NCBI GenBank assembly: GCA_965178125.1
Contig: OZ237757.1
Span: 744,001-808,000 of the forward strand
Direction of reading: 5' to 3'
Length of the DNA: 64,000 nucleotides
From: Bilabrum cf. latius
Taxonomy: Eukaryota
Shown here: piece after piece, positions 10,904 to 25,900 of the stretch
Numbering within the stretch: position 1 is the first letter of the stretch
How the letters are laid out: each line of letters starts with the position of its first letter
Notes under the pieces: model-generated
Databases searched by the model: none
The model's input: the letters and a program-made list of their open reading frames with translations, nothing else
What the model was told of the DNA's origin: nothing
Program-made: the position numbers and the translations under genes

Positions 10904-13900
10904 TCACGCCTTGACCACCTTCACTTCGATCGCGGGCGACTGCATGGCTGGTTCCCACAGCCGTTGCTCCGCCGATGCAGATCGTCCCACCACCTCCTAC
11001 CCAGCGACAGCCTGCGCCTGTGCCGACAACGTGGCCGCAAAGCCGTCCAGCTTGTCGCAATGGACGATCACGTCGTACCTAGAGGGCTGGAAAGACTCCG
11101 GCAGCCACGCAGGGCCGCGTAGCTCCAATCTCTTCCGAAGGTCCAGGCCACAGCCAGCACTCCCTGTGCCGGCGTTGACACCTCCGACATCACTACCACT
11201 TGCAGCGGTAGCAGATGCACCACTTCCAGCGCCAGAAGACGGCCCTTCCTGCTCACCAACCTCCCCATCCCCTTCATTGCCCATGAGCTGCTCCTTGCGG
11301 GCCTCCAGCATCGTCTGGATCGACTCGAGCCGCTTCACGCGAGCAAGTTTGGCCACCTTTCGCAGGCCGGTACGGGCCGCGTGCTCGAGGAGCAGCTAGG
11401 CGCTGCTTAATTCGGGCACGCTGGTGCCCCTAGCCCCCGCCTTGGCTCTGGCTACCTCTGCGCTGGCCATGCATTCGGACCAACCCTATCCGCTGACTTG
11501 CTGCAGCCAGGGGTCGTCAGAAGACTCATCGGTGGTGTCGTCACCGTCTTCGCCTTTATCCGCCTTATCTGCGGCTTGTTGGATCGCGTAGATGGCCAAA
11601 GCCGCCGCTTCCCATGCATCCGCACCGTCTATTTCTGCCTGTGGCAGCGCCGCCGCACTCTTCAGGCCGCCCGACCTGCAGAGCAGCACCACGCCCGCGT
11701 GTGACCCATCGACCGGACTCGTTTTACCTGCAGACGGGCCGCGCACTGACACCCGCACCAGCGCCAAGGGGACACACCCCATGGTGAGAGCATGTTCCAC
11801 CAACACCCGCCTGCTCCCCACCTTCATGGCGACCCAGCCACCGAGCACCAGCCCTCGGGAGAGCAGCCCCAGGCCCCGGTCCTCCTGCTTCTGTTCCAGC
11901 TAGCCGACGAGGTCCCTGCCCTTCGCGATTGATGGCGGTGCTCCATTTGCATCCGCTTTCACTGCATCCCTTAGGGATGGTCTCTCTAGCATCGAGGTGG
12001 CGCGGTCCATGACAGCCTGCAGCACCAGTGCCAGGCTCCTTCGCCGCAATCCACCGATGGAGTCCTCGGGCCAAGCTCGCGCCAGGTCATCGGCGAGGCC
12101 CCTGGGCTACATAAAGGGAGGCACCACCACCCGCCACGCCTGTCCCGGCCGCAGGACGATCCGCACCGCCACGCTGCCGCGAGGGAACAATGTGCCTGGT
12201 GCCACGTGCAGGCGTGGCTTGGCCTTGGCCTGCCGCCGCCTGCGACGCACGAGTGCGCGGCTGCTTTGTACCTTGCGGAACTTGCCCGCCGGCGAGGTGA
12301 TGCGCGGCGACATGAGATTCCGTCTGGACAGCATCCCACCGCGCGTGGAGCCGGGCTCGCGCCCCTGCCCCTGCCCCAGCCTGGCAGTGGGTGCAGGTGA
12401 CAGGAGCAGGCTAGGCCGTCGTCCACGCGCAGTTTTCTTTCCGCCTCGTCTCGTACCATCGTCTCCGTTCTTCCCCTCGTCATCCTCTTCCTAGTTACCG
12501 CCGCCATCGACCTCATCGCCGGCTATTGGAGCGGTGTTACCCTGGGCACCGTGCTGCTCCCTCATGGGCTCCTTGTCGTTGCTGTCCGCGATGGCAAGCG
12601 GGGCCAGCCCAGCCCCGGTGCTGGAGATCCTGCTAGTGCCGCCGCCCGTTTTGCTGCCATAACGGGTAGCGCCATCCTCGTGCTCTGCTAGCTTTGTTGT
12701 TCCCTCGGCGCTGCCAGGGGCCGGTGCTCCCCTTTTGGCCGTCGTGTCTCGGTCTCTGACCTCCTGGCCATCGCTCGATGCATCTACGGTCGCGGCATGT
12801 CCGCCAGAAGCCGCGGAATTAACACCACGAGACTGAGGCCCGCCCGGCCCCTCTGCGGTCTATGCAACACCAATGGCTGGGGAATCATCTTTGCCGTGCA
12901 AGCCCTTCCCGAGAGCATCGGCTTCCATTGCGAGTCCGTTCGCATCGGCGTCTTCGAAGGGGGAGAAGCCCAGCGGGTGCAGCCGACCCATCCCATCGTC
13001 TGCTCCGGCTGCCATCAGCTCAGACCTCGTCCAATCCACCGCCTCTCTTTGGCCCAGCAGGCCAGGCCACGGCCCCTCCCCCTCAAACACAGCCTCGTCT
13101 TCATCATCGCCCCGCAAAACGACCCCGCCAACACCCGCCTCCCCTGGGTCCACCACACTGCCCTCCATCTCGAGCCCCGCCAACGCGAGGCCCAGACGAG
13201 CCCGGTACATGGCGTAGGCTAGCAGCATTGCTGCCCGCATCCCGCGGACGTCTTCCGGCATGGGCTGCGGCGGCGCCGCACCACCTCTTGCGGAACCACC
13301 CCCGGGGGACGGAGCCGGGACGGGGGCGGCCTGGCCAAGCATGTCCACGTTCCTGGTGGCGCCCGCAGGCAAAGATCCCTGCTGCAGGGCGAGCAGATCC
13401 AGCTCCGGCACGACGTACGAGTACATCACACGGTCGCCGGCGGTGGATTCGCTGGCACCGGGCTGGTTCTCTCCCTCTCCAGGGAGCCCCAAGTCGATGC
13501 CGAGCACCTGCACCACCACCTCGTACTCGTGCTCCGGGGCCTGCTGCCACCCCTGCACCATCTCGGGGAGCGGCTTCGTAAGCACAACGTGCCTGCACAG
13601 CACGATGTCTTCCACCCACCTGCCCCGGAACACCCACGCCCTTCCCTTCTTGTCCGTTTGGAGCCTCTCCTCGTCGGGCACGTCTCGCCGCAGCCTCCTG
13701 GCGAGCACCATTGCCGCCTCGTCCGAGATCCGCATCTCCTCCTCTTTGGCCACCTGGGCCTCCTCCTCCGGCGAGGGCGGGCCCTTGCCGAAGATCGCAG
13801 CGAAGAAGCCGCCCCTGGGCAGCGCGTCAAGCTTTGCCTGCACCCGTACTGGCGCAGTGCCTCCCTCTTCCCACCTTCGAAGCGCTGTCAGCTGCTTCTG

Positions 13901-16900
13901 AAGTACGCGGGAGGCCTCTTCGTCCACCTCCTCCTCGGCGCCCACCGCCTCGTGCCTACCGCTCCCATCTCCAGCAACGGCATCTTTCTGCGTGCTCGCG
14001 TCCTGTTTCTTCCTGTTTGGCTGTTTCCTCTTCTTCTTCTTCTTCTTCGGGGAGCCCAGGCTGCCCCCCATGCTAGGCACCGCACCTGACCGGATCAGCA
14101 TGGTGACTTCCTCCTGCAGAGCCAGCTCGAACCTGGGCCGCACCCTCCTCACGAGCACTCCCTCGGGCAGCGCCTTGCGCATGTCGTGCGCCTGTCTCAG
14201 GCGTTCCGCGACCCTGCGCTCCCTCAGCCCGCGGAACACTGCAGAGAACAGCGTGGCGGCGCTTGACTTCACGGCGTGGTCTGCCTTCCTTCGGTTCAGC
14301 TCACGCTTCGCCAGTGCCGCACGGACCGCGCTCTGCGCCCGGATCGCGGCCTCACGCTTACGGCTGAAATCGGCGCGGGCTTGCTTGCCCTTCCAAGCTG
14401 CGGCGATCGAGGAACTGGCTCGGGCCTGCTCGGCGAGCTTGCGGCGCTCCGCGTGGCCTTTCCAGACGCTCTGCAGCCGCTGCGCTGCCTCGGTGTGCTC
14501 GATTCGCATCCTAGCCGCGCGGCGCCGCGCGAGCATGCCCCGCGCGCCCGACTGGAGTGCCAGCACGGCGACTCTTCGCTTCTTCTCCTCAGCCATCTGC
14601 GGCGCAGTGAGGCCTCTGGATTGTCTGCCCCGCCACGCGGCCTGCACCAGAACTGCCGCCCTGTGTTCCCTGGAATCTTTGATCCCCGCGGCGCGTTTTC
14701 GGCCCTGCAGTCCCCGCCACGCCCGCTGCACTCCGGTGGCGCTCCGGTGGAGCGAGCGCACCTCCTCCCGCCCTGTGTGACCCCGCCACGCAGACTGTAT
14801 GACGAGTGCGGAGCGCTGCGATTGCATCCTGTACGATCGGGCCCGCTTCCTCGCCAGCGCTCCCCGCACCACTCTCTGAATGGCGGTGGCGGCAGCACCG
14901 GCGTGGATGCGCCAGCCCTTGGCGTACAGCCGGTCCATGTGCCCCCTCCACAGCGCCTGCATCCCCACGGCGGCGGTCCTTTGTCTTGACCTGTGCAGCA
15001 GCAGCATGGTCCGGGTGGCCCTTCGGATGGCATGCCCCCTCCAAGCCGACTGGATCTCCACGGCGGCCTCCTCGCGGGCCCTCCATCGTGTGGCTCGCTG
15101 CAGCACCGCCAGCTCGCGGCTGATCTGCCTGCGCGCGGCGTGAGGGGCGCGGAGCACCCTGCGTGCGGACTGGGGAGGCAGCGGCTGGGACCGGGCAGAT
15201 TGCCCCTGCTGCTGCCTGTGCATGCCCGATGGCTGCTAGTGCTGCTGCTGGGCGAACAGCGACTCGCTACTTGCTGCGATGGGGGCGGACTCGTGGGCGC
15301 CGTGTTCCCTGGCCCTGCCGGTGCCGCGGCCAGCTGTGGCGCGATTTTCGATTCCGAGTCCGTGACCGATGCCGAACGGCAGTCGGCCCAATCCGCCCGC
15401 TGGCGCGGGCACGGGTGCAGACCTGCCCCCGCCCGCCAGCGCATGCCTGGAGCGATCGTCACCTCCATCAGCGCCAGCAGGTGCGGGTGCCAGTTTCCCA
15501 CCACCAGAGACAGGAAGAGGACGAGCACGTCCTTGGCCACCAGCTGTGGATGCGTTGTTCCCTGGGACGCCAGACCCTCGCTCCTCGTCCTGTGCCTGCC
15601 TTGCGCTCCCCGCGCCCTGCAGGCCGGGCTCGAGCTCTGCATCCAGATCATCGTCAGCAGCCTCGCCCGTCTCGGGTGCACCATCGTGCGATGCATCCGC
15701 GCCACCGTGCTGCTCGTCCCAGCGCCTCCCGGCTTCTGCCACCCTGCGCGCCCTGTGCGTGGCGGGCTGCTGCATGTGCCTCTGCCGCCGCATCAGCATC
15801 GCCCTCATCTGCTGGTACCGGAGCTCAGCGAGCCCCCCCGGGCTGAATCCAGGGTAGGCGGGGGAGCGGGCCGAAACGACGTTGCGGCTGTACGGGGAAG
15901 CACTCGTCACACCGCGTCGAGCGGTAGAGCTGCCCCTCCCGCCCGAGTGGCCCCGGGCCCGCCCCTGCCTCCCCCCTACCTCGTCATCATCCTCATCCTG
16001 TTCTGAGGGGTCAGTGTATGCGCGAACCGTGGCCACGGTCGCAGCCCGAGCGGCCTCGCGGATTCCCCTCAGCGACAGACCGGGCACGTGCTGGCGCACC
16101 CGCGGTATGCTCCCTTGATGCTGATGCTGCTGGCGGTCCCGCGGGGGTTTGGGGCTGCCCCGGCGTGCGGAGTGGGCGCCCTGGTGTGACGAGTAAGATG
16201 AGGAGAGGATGGGGCTCCATCTCGGCTTGTAGCCGCGGTCTTGCTCCTGCTCCATACCATGCTCCACGAGGGGTACACTCACCACAGTGTCGGTGGTGGC
16301 TGCTGTGTTCCCCAGCGATGCCCCTTCGGTGGCGGGAACTGCTGATGAACGACCGCCTCCGCGATGATGCAGGCCCCTGTCGCTGCTCATGCCTCGTTTC
16401 TAGCTGCCACCGCTCGGTGGCGGTGGGGCCGCCTCTCGCCAGGCGGCGGGCACCGAGTACCCTGCGGATGCCCCGCCGCGGCCGAGCCTCGAATCCACGT
16501 ACCGGCGGGCCCCTGATACCACGCCAGACTGGTACAGACCGCGGGTCCGGGGCGTCTGCTCGGCTATCGGGGGTGCTGGTGTGACGAGTGCGCTGCCCCT
16601 AGACGTCGGGGACGTCCCGGGGCGCTTGGGGATTGTGCGCGAATGCTGGTCTGAGTTTTGGAGATGGCGGCCCCCGCCGACGCTGGCGCGAGATGCGCGG
16701 GTGTGACGAGTGTCATCGCGACCGAGGTCGCGATCCTGCTCGTCGTCATTCCCACGGCTCGCGCCCGACCTTGATGCGTCGGCGAGGGCCCAGCCAAAAG
16801 GCCGGCCGAGGCGGAGGCCCTCCGCTTCTTCCGGCTTTCCGCCGGTTTGGCCACCGTATCCGTGATTGGTGCTGCGATCATTGTGTCCCGTGCCAGTACT

Positions 16901-19900
16901 ACCACTTTGACCAACCTCGTGATGCAAACCCGCGGTGACGTGGAGGGTAGCCGGCGGGAGCAGCATTCCTCCCTGTGACCCCCCCGGATCCATCCCCGGA
17001 CCTGGGCCGTTCTTGCCGTGAGTTTGGCCACCCATACCCACCATGGGGAGGGTAGACCCGGGCGAGGGCGCCCCGTCGGTGTGACGAGTGCCCTCCAGCC
17101 TTCGCTGCTCGTCCCTCGCCCTGGCAAGCTCCCTCAGCTGCCGCTTGTGCACTGCTTCGTCGCCCAGCATCGTGTTCCCGTGTGACGAGTGGCCTCGCCC
17201 CGAGGCAGAGCTGCCCTGCCGCCCTTTCTGATGCTGCGACTGCTGCTGATGCGATGGGGTCGAGATCATGCCCGGTTCTGGCGCGGCCAGCTCGCCCCTC
17301 TCCGCTGCCAGCCTGGCCTGCTTGATCTCGAACTTCGCCACTGTGGCGTAGCTGTGCGCGGTCTGGCTGGGCCTGCCCGCCCCGGGCGGTTGCTGCAGGC
17401 GCTCCCGGCGGTGCCTGGGGGCTTCTACCGGGGCGTGGCCTCTCCTTGCGAGGTCCTCGGCCCGTTCACCCGGCCTTGCGCCCGCACCGGCCTTCAGCAG
17501 CCGCATCCCGAAGGCACCCGGGCCCGCCGATAGCTCCTGCTTTGGGGGCACCAGGCCCCTCCGGGCCGCCTCTGCCTCCTCCCTGAGCCGTTGTTCCCTG
17601 GATTCCCGGTCCGCCTCGTGACCCGCCCCCGCGGGCCGCATCTCCTGCATGCCCATTGGCTTGATGGGCTGAAGCAGATAGCCTGACCTGGGCACGTGGG
17701 TGTCCGAGGCCCCCCTGGATTTAGCCAGCTTTTCCTGCTCCTGCCTGGCCTGTTCCGCAGCAATCGCGCTCTTGGACCCCGGCTCGTGCGCGGAGAGAAC
17801 GGCTGGCGAGTCCTCCATGGCCTGCTGCTGCCTCCGGAAGGCCGCGGGGGGCGCGGGTCGGCCGGACGTGGCGCCGCCCTGCCCCCTCCACCAAAGGACC
17901 GGGTTGGCCTGCCCCGCCGTCCCCGGCTCTGCGACGGCCGCCACATTGGCCACTTTTCCCTTCTTGGTCGCACGGGTGGGACTGGTCGCTTCTGGGTTGC
18001 TCTGCTGCACCCGCCAGTGCTCGTCGCGATGCCTCCAGTGGCCCAGCGGAAGGGCGCCAGCACCATCACCGGATCCAGCCTACGAAGACGTGGTATTACC
18101 GGCGGTTCTGGTGTGACGAGTGCCCCGCATCGGAGCCGCAACCACGGTGTCGACCCCCGCGGTGCCTCCACCGGTCATGCGCGCGGGCCCGCCCATCGGC
18201 CTCGCCGGCGACTCGCCCAGCGCGTAATCGAAGATGGGGCGGACCCCCTCCAGCTTGAACGGCTTCAGGGGGTCGTACGTGGGTCCTCGTCCCTTGGGCC
18301 CCGTGTTGAGCGGGTCACCAACCAGCGCGTTCCTCTGTCCGTCTCGTGACCCGGGCTCCGCCCTCCGACTCAGCCTGCTGTCCACGGGCCTCCGCAGCAT
18401 GACTTCCTGTGCCGTACTGCCGTAGGCGTACTCGAGCGGGTGTCGGCCGTTGCTTTGCTGCTAGGCCTCTTGCTCGCCCAACTGCCTGTCCCCCTGCACG
18501 AGCCCTTCCAGCCCCCCTGCAGAGGCGTTGACGCCCAGGTGCAGGTTGGCGTCCAGCGTCTGGGAGCCCGTGATGGACCGCCTGCGGCCCCTGAGTCTGC
18601 CGCTGGCTCGCAGCAGTTGCTCGTTGAGCATCTCCGGTGACAGTCCCCTTGCATCGCCGCTGAGGCCGCCCCTCATCTGCTCCCCGAATCCATACTGGCT
18701 GGCCAGCGCGGCTTCTAGCCTGGCCCGGGCCTGCTCCGCGCCCCCGTCGTCCGTTGTTCCCTCGTACTCGGCCCGCATCCAGTCTCCCAGCTCGTCACCC
18801 GAGGACATGACCGGGGGCAGGCCGCGAGCGGCGCGCTTCTTGTCGTACCGTGTGCCAGCCAGCAGGACGGGGAGAAGCGCAGGGGCATGCTTCTCGGCGA
18901 AATGCAGGGTGTCATCGCTGACCGCCTTGTACCTCCCGCCGGGTATGTGCGCTGGCGCGGGGCCCGCGTCTGCGTACCCTTTCAGCTTCTTGAGGAGTTC
19001 CTTGTCTGGCGCGTTCGGGTCTTTGTCCCGCGAGGATGATCCCCTGCCCCGGGCACCCCTAATGGGCGACGATATCGATGTCGATGTCACTCCCGCGCGA
19101 TGCCTTCCACCGCTGGTGGCGGCTTTCCTGAGGCCTCGTGCCCTGCCACCCCCAGTCAGCTTCACCGCAAGGGGGCTGTCTGCCTGCCCGCCCCCGGAAA
19201 AAGGCCCACCGAAGCTGCCACCGCCAGGAACGGAAGAGCCGCCCCACGCAGACTTGCGTGACCCGCCGCCCGCCCGCAGACCCGCCAGTGACGTGGTGCT
19301 CCGAGCATGACCCGTCCCGCCGTTGCGCAACGCCCGACCACCGGCGGCACCCAGCATCGAGGTGCTGCGGCTTCGTCCCATTATCGCCTCTTCCTCGTCC
19401 AGCCCCTCTTCACCGCCTTGTTCCCTGTCCTCGGACCCACCCTGCTGCGCCCTGACGAGTGCGGTGCGTGCCCCGGTGAACGCCAGCATGCCGCGCACCC
19501 TGCCCCCCGGCCCCTCCCCGATCAGCTGCCCCGCCGCCCTGGCGTACTTCATCTGCCGGCCCGTCTTGAACTCGATGGCCTGCAGCTCCCGGGCGCGCTT
19601 CACGGCCTCATCCCGGGGACTGATGGGCTTCCCGCCGGCCGTGTCGCCCAGCCCAGGCCCCGCCGTGGCTGGGTCGTGGAAGCCCTCGAGCTCCAGCTCC
19701 TGGCCCTCCAGGAACTCCCCCGGTCGCACCTCGGTGTGACGAGTGCTACCTGCCGTGTGACGAGTGTCCCCGTCGCTGCCCTCCCTCCGGTCCGCCTACC
19801 TCCTCCTCTCCTGCATGTCGATGGCGAACTGGGTGCCATCCGCTGGCAGCCTGGAGGATGAGGAGCCGCCCGCTCCCTCCAGCGCCACGCCGTGTTCCCT

Positions 19901-22900
19901 GAGCCACTCCCTCGCCACCTGCCCGGTGGGAATCGCACCTGCGCTCGACCTGCGCGCCGCCACGGCGAGCTTCTGCCTGGGGGTGAGGCCCAGCGCCTTG
20001 GCGGGGATCATGCCTGTTTCCGCGGTCTCGATGAGCATCCCAGCCACGTCTCTCGGGGCAGCATCCGCGGCCTCCTCGGGCGACAAGCCGTGCTCGGGCA
20101 GCAGCAGCTGGGGGCCCGCGGTGGAGGGCCGCGCCGAGGAATCGCCCCCATGCGCGCCGCTCCTGCCCGACTGCCGCTGCTGTTGTTCCCTGGACCGATT
20201 GCCGTCCCGGCTGCCATAGTCCCCAGAGCCCCGCATGTTCCGCAAAGCCAGCGGCGCCACGCGACCCTTGGAACCACCGGAGCCGCCGCTGCCGCTGCCG
20301 CTGCCGCTGCCGCTGGCTGCATCCGTACCACCCACGTCGCCGTAGTGCCCCTCGGCACTCGGGTCGTATCCCAGCTCGCCATGTGGCCCCGCCACGCCCG
20401 GCAGCGCTCGCCGCGGGGACGACTTGGCTGCGATCTGCTTCTTCTTGGTCTTGACCTCGGGGGCAAGCTCTGACCCCGCCATGGGGGCTCGCGGGGTGGG
20501 CGGCAGCGGTTCCGCAGTACCCGCCGGCGGCGCCGCGTGCCTCAGGGAGCGAGCGGCGTCCCGCATGGCTCGCCCGAGCGGGTCCGCGAGAGCCGCCGCT
20601 CGCCCCAGCGCGGCCTGGCAGGCCTCCCACCCCTCGGTATACGCCACCCTGGCCTGCCACAGTTCCATGCGGTGCTCGTGGGTGGCACCCAGGTTGTAGC
20701 ACGCGCCCATCAGAGCGGGGAGGGCACCGTCGTTCACCGCCCGGCGCAGCGGCGTGACACCGTCCAGGGTAGGCTCGGCCACGAACGCGCCGACGCGCCG
20801 GGCGAGTGCAGACGTCACGGCTCGGGACATGGTTCTGGTAGCCTTTTTCTTGCTCGCGCCATCGTGGCCCCGCCGGGACCGGGACTGGCCTCCGCGGCGA
20901 GACGCTGCCTGGCTGCGGCTGGTGACCCCCGTCCGGCGGGAGGCCGCGGTGTGACGAGTGGTGGCGCTACCGACCGATGCGGAGTCGCCGATCGCTTCGC
21001 CCGGATCGACTTCCCCTGCCGCCAGCATACCGCTTCGCGCGCTCGACGGCTGGTTGCCAGCGGCAGATGTCCTGGACCTGGTCGACCTGGCGGACCTCGC
21101 CGTCGAGATGCCCGGGCTGTCACTCGTCACACCCTATTCCTTGTTCTCCGGACTCCGGGCCGAGTCTCCCCCGCCGCCTCCGCCACCACCACCTCCACGA
21201 ACTGCCCTGCCGCCCACCCTGTCGAATTTCTTGGGCCGAAGCACCGGAGGCGGCGGCAGCGCGTCTGGCCCGAACACCGCAAGGATGAGTCGTCGCATCC
21301 TCCTCTTGGCCGCAATCGCGTGTGCCTGTGCCTGCTCCATTCGCTTGAGAGCCATCAGCGGGGCGCACACGGCCAGGTGCGCCTTGGCCGTCTCGATGGC
21401 CGACTGCGCCTCGCCGGGCGTCAGCGGCAGGTACCTCACATAGGCGGGCACCTGGGCGGCGGAGTCGTCCACCTCGTGACCCGCCGGCGCCGCGAGCGGA
21501 ACCACCGATCCACCGGTGGAGCCCGTTCGGGTCCGACTGGCCGTTGTGCTGCTGCGCATCAGCACCCCGGCACTCGTCACACCGCCGGCGGCCTCGATGG
21601 CCGGCATGGCCCTCGCCAGAGCACCCACCTCCTGATCCGAGGCCCCGAACGGGTTCGTCACACGGCCGCTCTGGCTCGTCACACCACCGTACCCGCCACC
21701 GCGGGAGCCCCGGGCTGCCGCAGCATCCCTGGCCGCAGCCTGCATGGCTTTGTCCATGGTCTCCGCGGGATCGAACCCCGATGAGGGCCCCATCCTCACC
21801 TTTGCTTGCGCGAACCGGGCCCCGTGGAATATGGTGGGCTCCTCGCCCCCTGGGACTCGTATGACCCTGCCCCCGCCTGCTCTCTGCTCCTCCATGCGCT
21901 TCTCTCCCTCTGTGTCGCCCACGATGGTCACTTTTAGGCTGCCGTCGTCTTTTTCTTCTTCGTCTTCTTCATTCTCCGTTCCGCCTCGTGCTGCACCCCC
22001 GCCGCCGCCGCCGCCGGAGAGGGAGACTTCGCCCGCCCGCCTCTTGACGATCTCTGCCGCGGCTGCCATCGCAACGTCCAGCCGTTGCAGCCCCATGAGC
22101 GGCGCGCCGCCCTCCCCATGCCCCACCAGCCCCTGCTCGTCCAGCACCGGCTCGCCCCCTGCTTTCCCCCCGCCCGACCCACCTCGCCCCCCCTCCTCCT
22201 CGTCATCGTCCCCACCTTGCCCTCCGGTCACCTCGCTCCACATGGCCTCTGCCCCCTTTCGCCTCGCCTGCTTGTGCCCCTCGGTGGCCAAAGACGCTGT
22301 GCCCCGACGGAGGCCCCCGCTCGCGTTCCTGGCGAGCCGGTCCACGGGGACGTCATCCAGCATGGCCCGGCGGGGCAGGTGCGTGCTCCGCACCGACACT
22401 AGCGCGCGGCGCCCCTTGGGCACGCGGCCGCTCGTCACGGTACCCGCCGACGGATCGTTGGGGTCTGCAGCGTACCGGCCCAGGCGGAACCCCGTCCCAG
22501 ACTCCCGGCCAGAGCCGATCCCACCGGAGGCCGTTGAGCCCTCGTCTCCCATGCTGGAACGACTCATCACAGATCCCTCGCCGCCGCCGCTTTGGCCACT
22601 CGTGCCACCCGCGGTGTACCCGCCCTCCGTCTCCGCATCCTCCGCGATCCCCACCCCGGACAGCGCCCCGGTACCCGCTGTTCCCCGAGTGGCCACAGAC
22701 GCACGGCTGCCCCTGCGGCTCCCCCGCGCGGACCCCGAAATCTCTGCGGAATTCCCCTGCAGCTGACCCCCCGGGGAACCACCGCTTTTCTTCCCCTGCC
22801 CCTGCCCCTGCCCCTGCCCCTGCCCCTGCCCCTGCCCCTGCCCCTGCCCCTGACCCTGCCCCTGCCCCTTGCCCCGGCCGTGCCTGGCCGCTTTCAGGTC

Positions 22901-25900
22901 AGCCCGCCTAGAGACCGCGTGCTGCCTGACCGAGGCGTCTAGCACACGCTTGCGCAGGGCGGCGGCGAGCGCCACGTCCTGCGCCCCCGTCGCACTCGTC
23001 ACACCACCGCCGGTGGCGGACGCCAGCCCCGCCGCCAGGAGGAGCCGCCCGTCCCTCTGGGCCTCCTCGCTGCTGCCTGGCCTAATCGCCTCCCCCTCCT
23101 CCCCCCCGAAGAGCCTGGCGGGGTCCTCGCCCGCCATCCGGCGGCGGGTCCGGCCCTCGGAGCGAGCGATCACGGACTCGGAGTCCCTGCCCCAGCGCTG
23201 CAGCTGCAGCTGGTGGGCCCCGAGCAGCTGCAGAGCCTCGAGGGCGCAGTTGAGTGCCTCCTCCGGCCGCCCCGCCCGCATCAACGCCCCGGCTGCGTGG
23301 CTCTGGGCCTGGGCCAGCCGAGGGGGGGCGGCCCAGGAGCTCCAGCGGTCCGAGGCGGCGCGTGCGGCGCGGCGCCGCGCCTGGGGGTGGAGGTTCCGCA
23401 TGCCCCGCTGCAGGTCGAGCAGGGCGGTTTTGCCCCCGCGCTCCGCGGGCGCGTCGTCGTCGTCGTCGCCACCGTGCGATGCACCCGATCGAGTCGACGC
23501 CGACTCGATCGATTCCAGTGGATTGCTATCGCCATTTGCAGCCTGGCCCGGGCGGTGAGGCACCAGGTCGAGGGTGTCTCTGGTGCCCCCTGCTACTGCA
23601 CCCCCCTGACGTGCGCCTTCCCGGGCGTGCTGTGACGAGTGAGGTGGGAAGGAGGGTATGTCCTAGGGGGTGGCGGCTAGGAGAGCACGCTCGTCCTCGC
23701 CCCCCGTGAATGCGGGTGTCCGGGCCCGCATGCCCCCCCTCGAGGCCGGCACCTGTGGCACGGTGTCTTTGGAGCCCCGTCTGTGGCGATGTTCCGCAAA
23801 CACGCTCGAGGGAGTGCGCGGCGCCGGGCCGGCCCTGGCCGCCCCCACGTCCGTCGCTCGCATCGGCGTCATGACGAGAGGCCCGGATCGCGCGGCGCCG
23901 GTTCCGCCGTGGCTCGGGGGCGTCAACGCGGCGCGACCGCTGCTGGCCGGGGCAGCGTCTTCACCTGAGGCGCTGCCCCGCATCCGGGCCACCGGGGTGC
24001 GCGGCGCCGAGGATGCGGAACCGCCCGGGGCAGCCCGGCTCGAGTCGTCCATTGGAAAGGCGCCGAGATCCTCCAGCCTGGTTGCAACCGGGTGAGGATC
24101 GGTGTGACGAGTGGATGCGCCGCTTCCCTTCGAGCCGCGGATGGCGGCGGCCAGGGGGTGCTCTTGCTCCTCCTGCTCCCGATGCAGCCTTTGTCCCACT
24201 CCTGTGTCCGCGGTGCTGGCTGTGCTGCCCGCGGTCCGGCTCGATTGGGCGCTGCCCAGCAGCTGCCTGCGCTTGGGGTGACCCATTTCCGATTCCGGGT
24301 CCCCGGCAGAGCCCGCGTCACCCCCCTCCCCGTCCCCCTCCCCCTCCCTTGGGGTCAGGTCGAGCACGGTGTCGTGTCCCTCCGAATCCAGGCTAACCAG
24401 CCTCGTGCGATGCACCCCGTCCTAGTGGTCGAGATGCTGGCCGCCGGTGAGATCCCGCTGCTGCTTTTGCCACTGCTGCTGCTGCTGCTGCTGCTGCAGC
24501 TCGCCCACGTCCACGTCCCCGTCCACAGACGGGTCCGTCACCGCGGTGATGCGAGAATGGGCCGAGTCGGGCCTCAATTGCGCGGCGCCGCCGAAGCGGA
24601 ACCTCTGAGGGGAGGGCCGGCCGGACTCGCCGGTCCCTACGGAGGCTGCCCCGAGGGGGCTGGGGAACACAGAACCGCCGCTTTGACCACCCGCGCTGGT
24701 GAGGGCACGTCTCGGGGGCAGGCCTTCCTCGTGCTCGTGCTCGTCACCGTCGCTCGCTTTCTATGCGGCAGCGGTACCTCCTTCTCGTTCTCCTCCTTCT
24801 TGTTCTCCTTCTTGTTCTCTGTCTCGCCGGTGCCCAGCAACAGCCCCCGTCCGAAGCTCCTCTCCTTTCCTTGGCATGAAGGCGTCCCGCCTAGACATGC
24901 CCTCGTCGTCGTCGTCGACCCCAACCCCCCTCCTACCCCCTTGCTCCCCCCTACCCCCGCGCCTGACCCCACTTCCCCCGGGTAGGGCGGGGACAGACAC
25001 CCCGTCCGGCGCATCTCTAGTACCGTCCCCAGACTTGGTCGATCCCCCCGTTGTTGTCGTTGTGGGCGAAGAACCGGCCGACCTGCGCTCGGAGAGAGGG
25101 GACCCCTGATGCCTCACGATGGTGGTGGCTCCGATCGATACGCGCCTCTGCTGGCGACGGACCCTGCGCACGGCCTCCGACCGGCTCTCATCCAGGTGCG
25201 CGGCGGCGCCTCCTGCGGAACCTGTTTGCGCGGCGCCGCCGTCCCGCCGCAGGATCCCACCGATGGACTCGTGGTCTCCGCCTCCGCCCCTGCCCCTGCC
25301 CCTGCCAAGCACCGGCCGCGCGTCGTCACCGACGCCCGTGGGTGCCTCAGACACCCCCGACACGGACGGAGCATCGTCTCCGCGGAGACGCCTGGCTGGC
25401 TGCGCTCCCCTTCCCGAAGCAACTGCTCCTGCTCGCCTGGTCCCGTGGCTGCGCAGCCCCAGGCCGGGCGAGCGAAGGCCTTGCCGCGCGGCGTCCACTA
25501 CCGGGCCGCCCATCCTCTCGTCAAACGCATCGGAACCGCCGTTCAATTCGAAGTCTTCCTCTTCGTCGACAGGGCCGAGCAGCGCGGCGGTAGCGTCCGT
25601 GAGCACTTGCAGCTTCATGCGGCCGTCGTCCGATCCGGCGCCGCCCCGCTCGACTCCGTGGGCGGAAGCCGGGTGCTCGGCTTCCTGTGCTATCGATCTA
25701 TTCAGTCTGTTGATCTGCCTGTCCTCTTCCTCCAGGGCAATTGCAAGCTCAAGTGTTGCCGCGTCAACGAACGGAGGCGGGGCTACGCCGGGCCCAGCAC
25801 GCATGGCATCCTGGACGCTTGCTTCCTCCAGCAAAGCATTCAGCTCATGTAACGTTGGATCCGGAGGCTCTGCGGCACGCAGGCGCGATGAACCACAAAA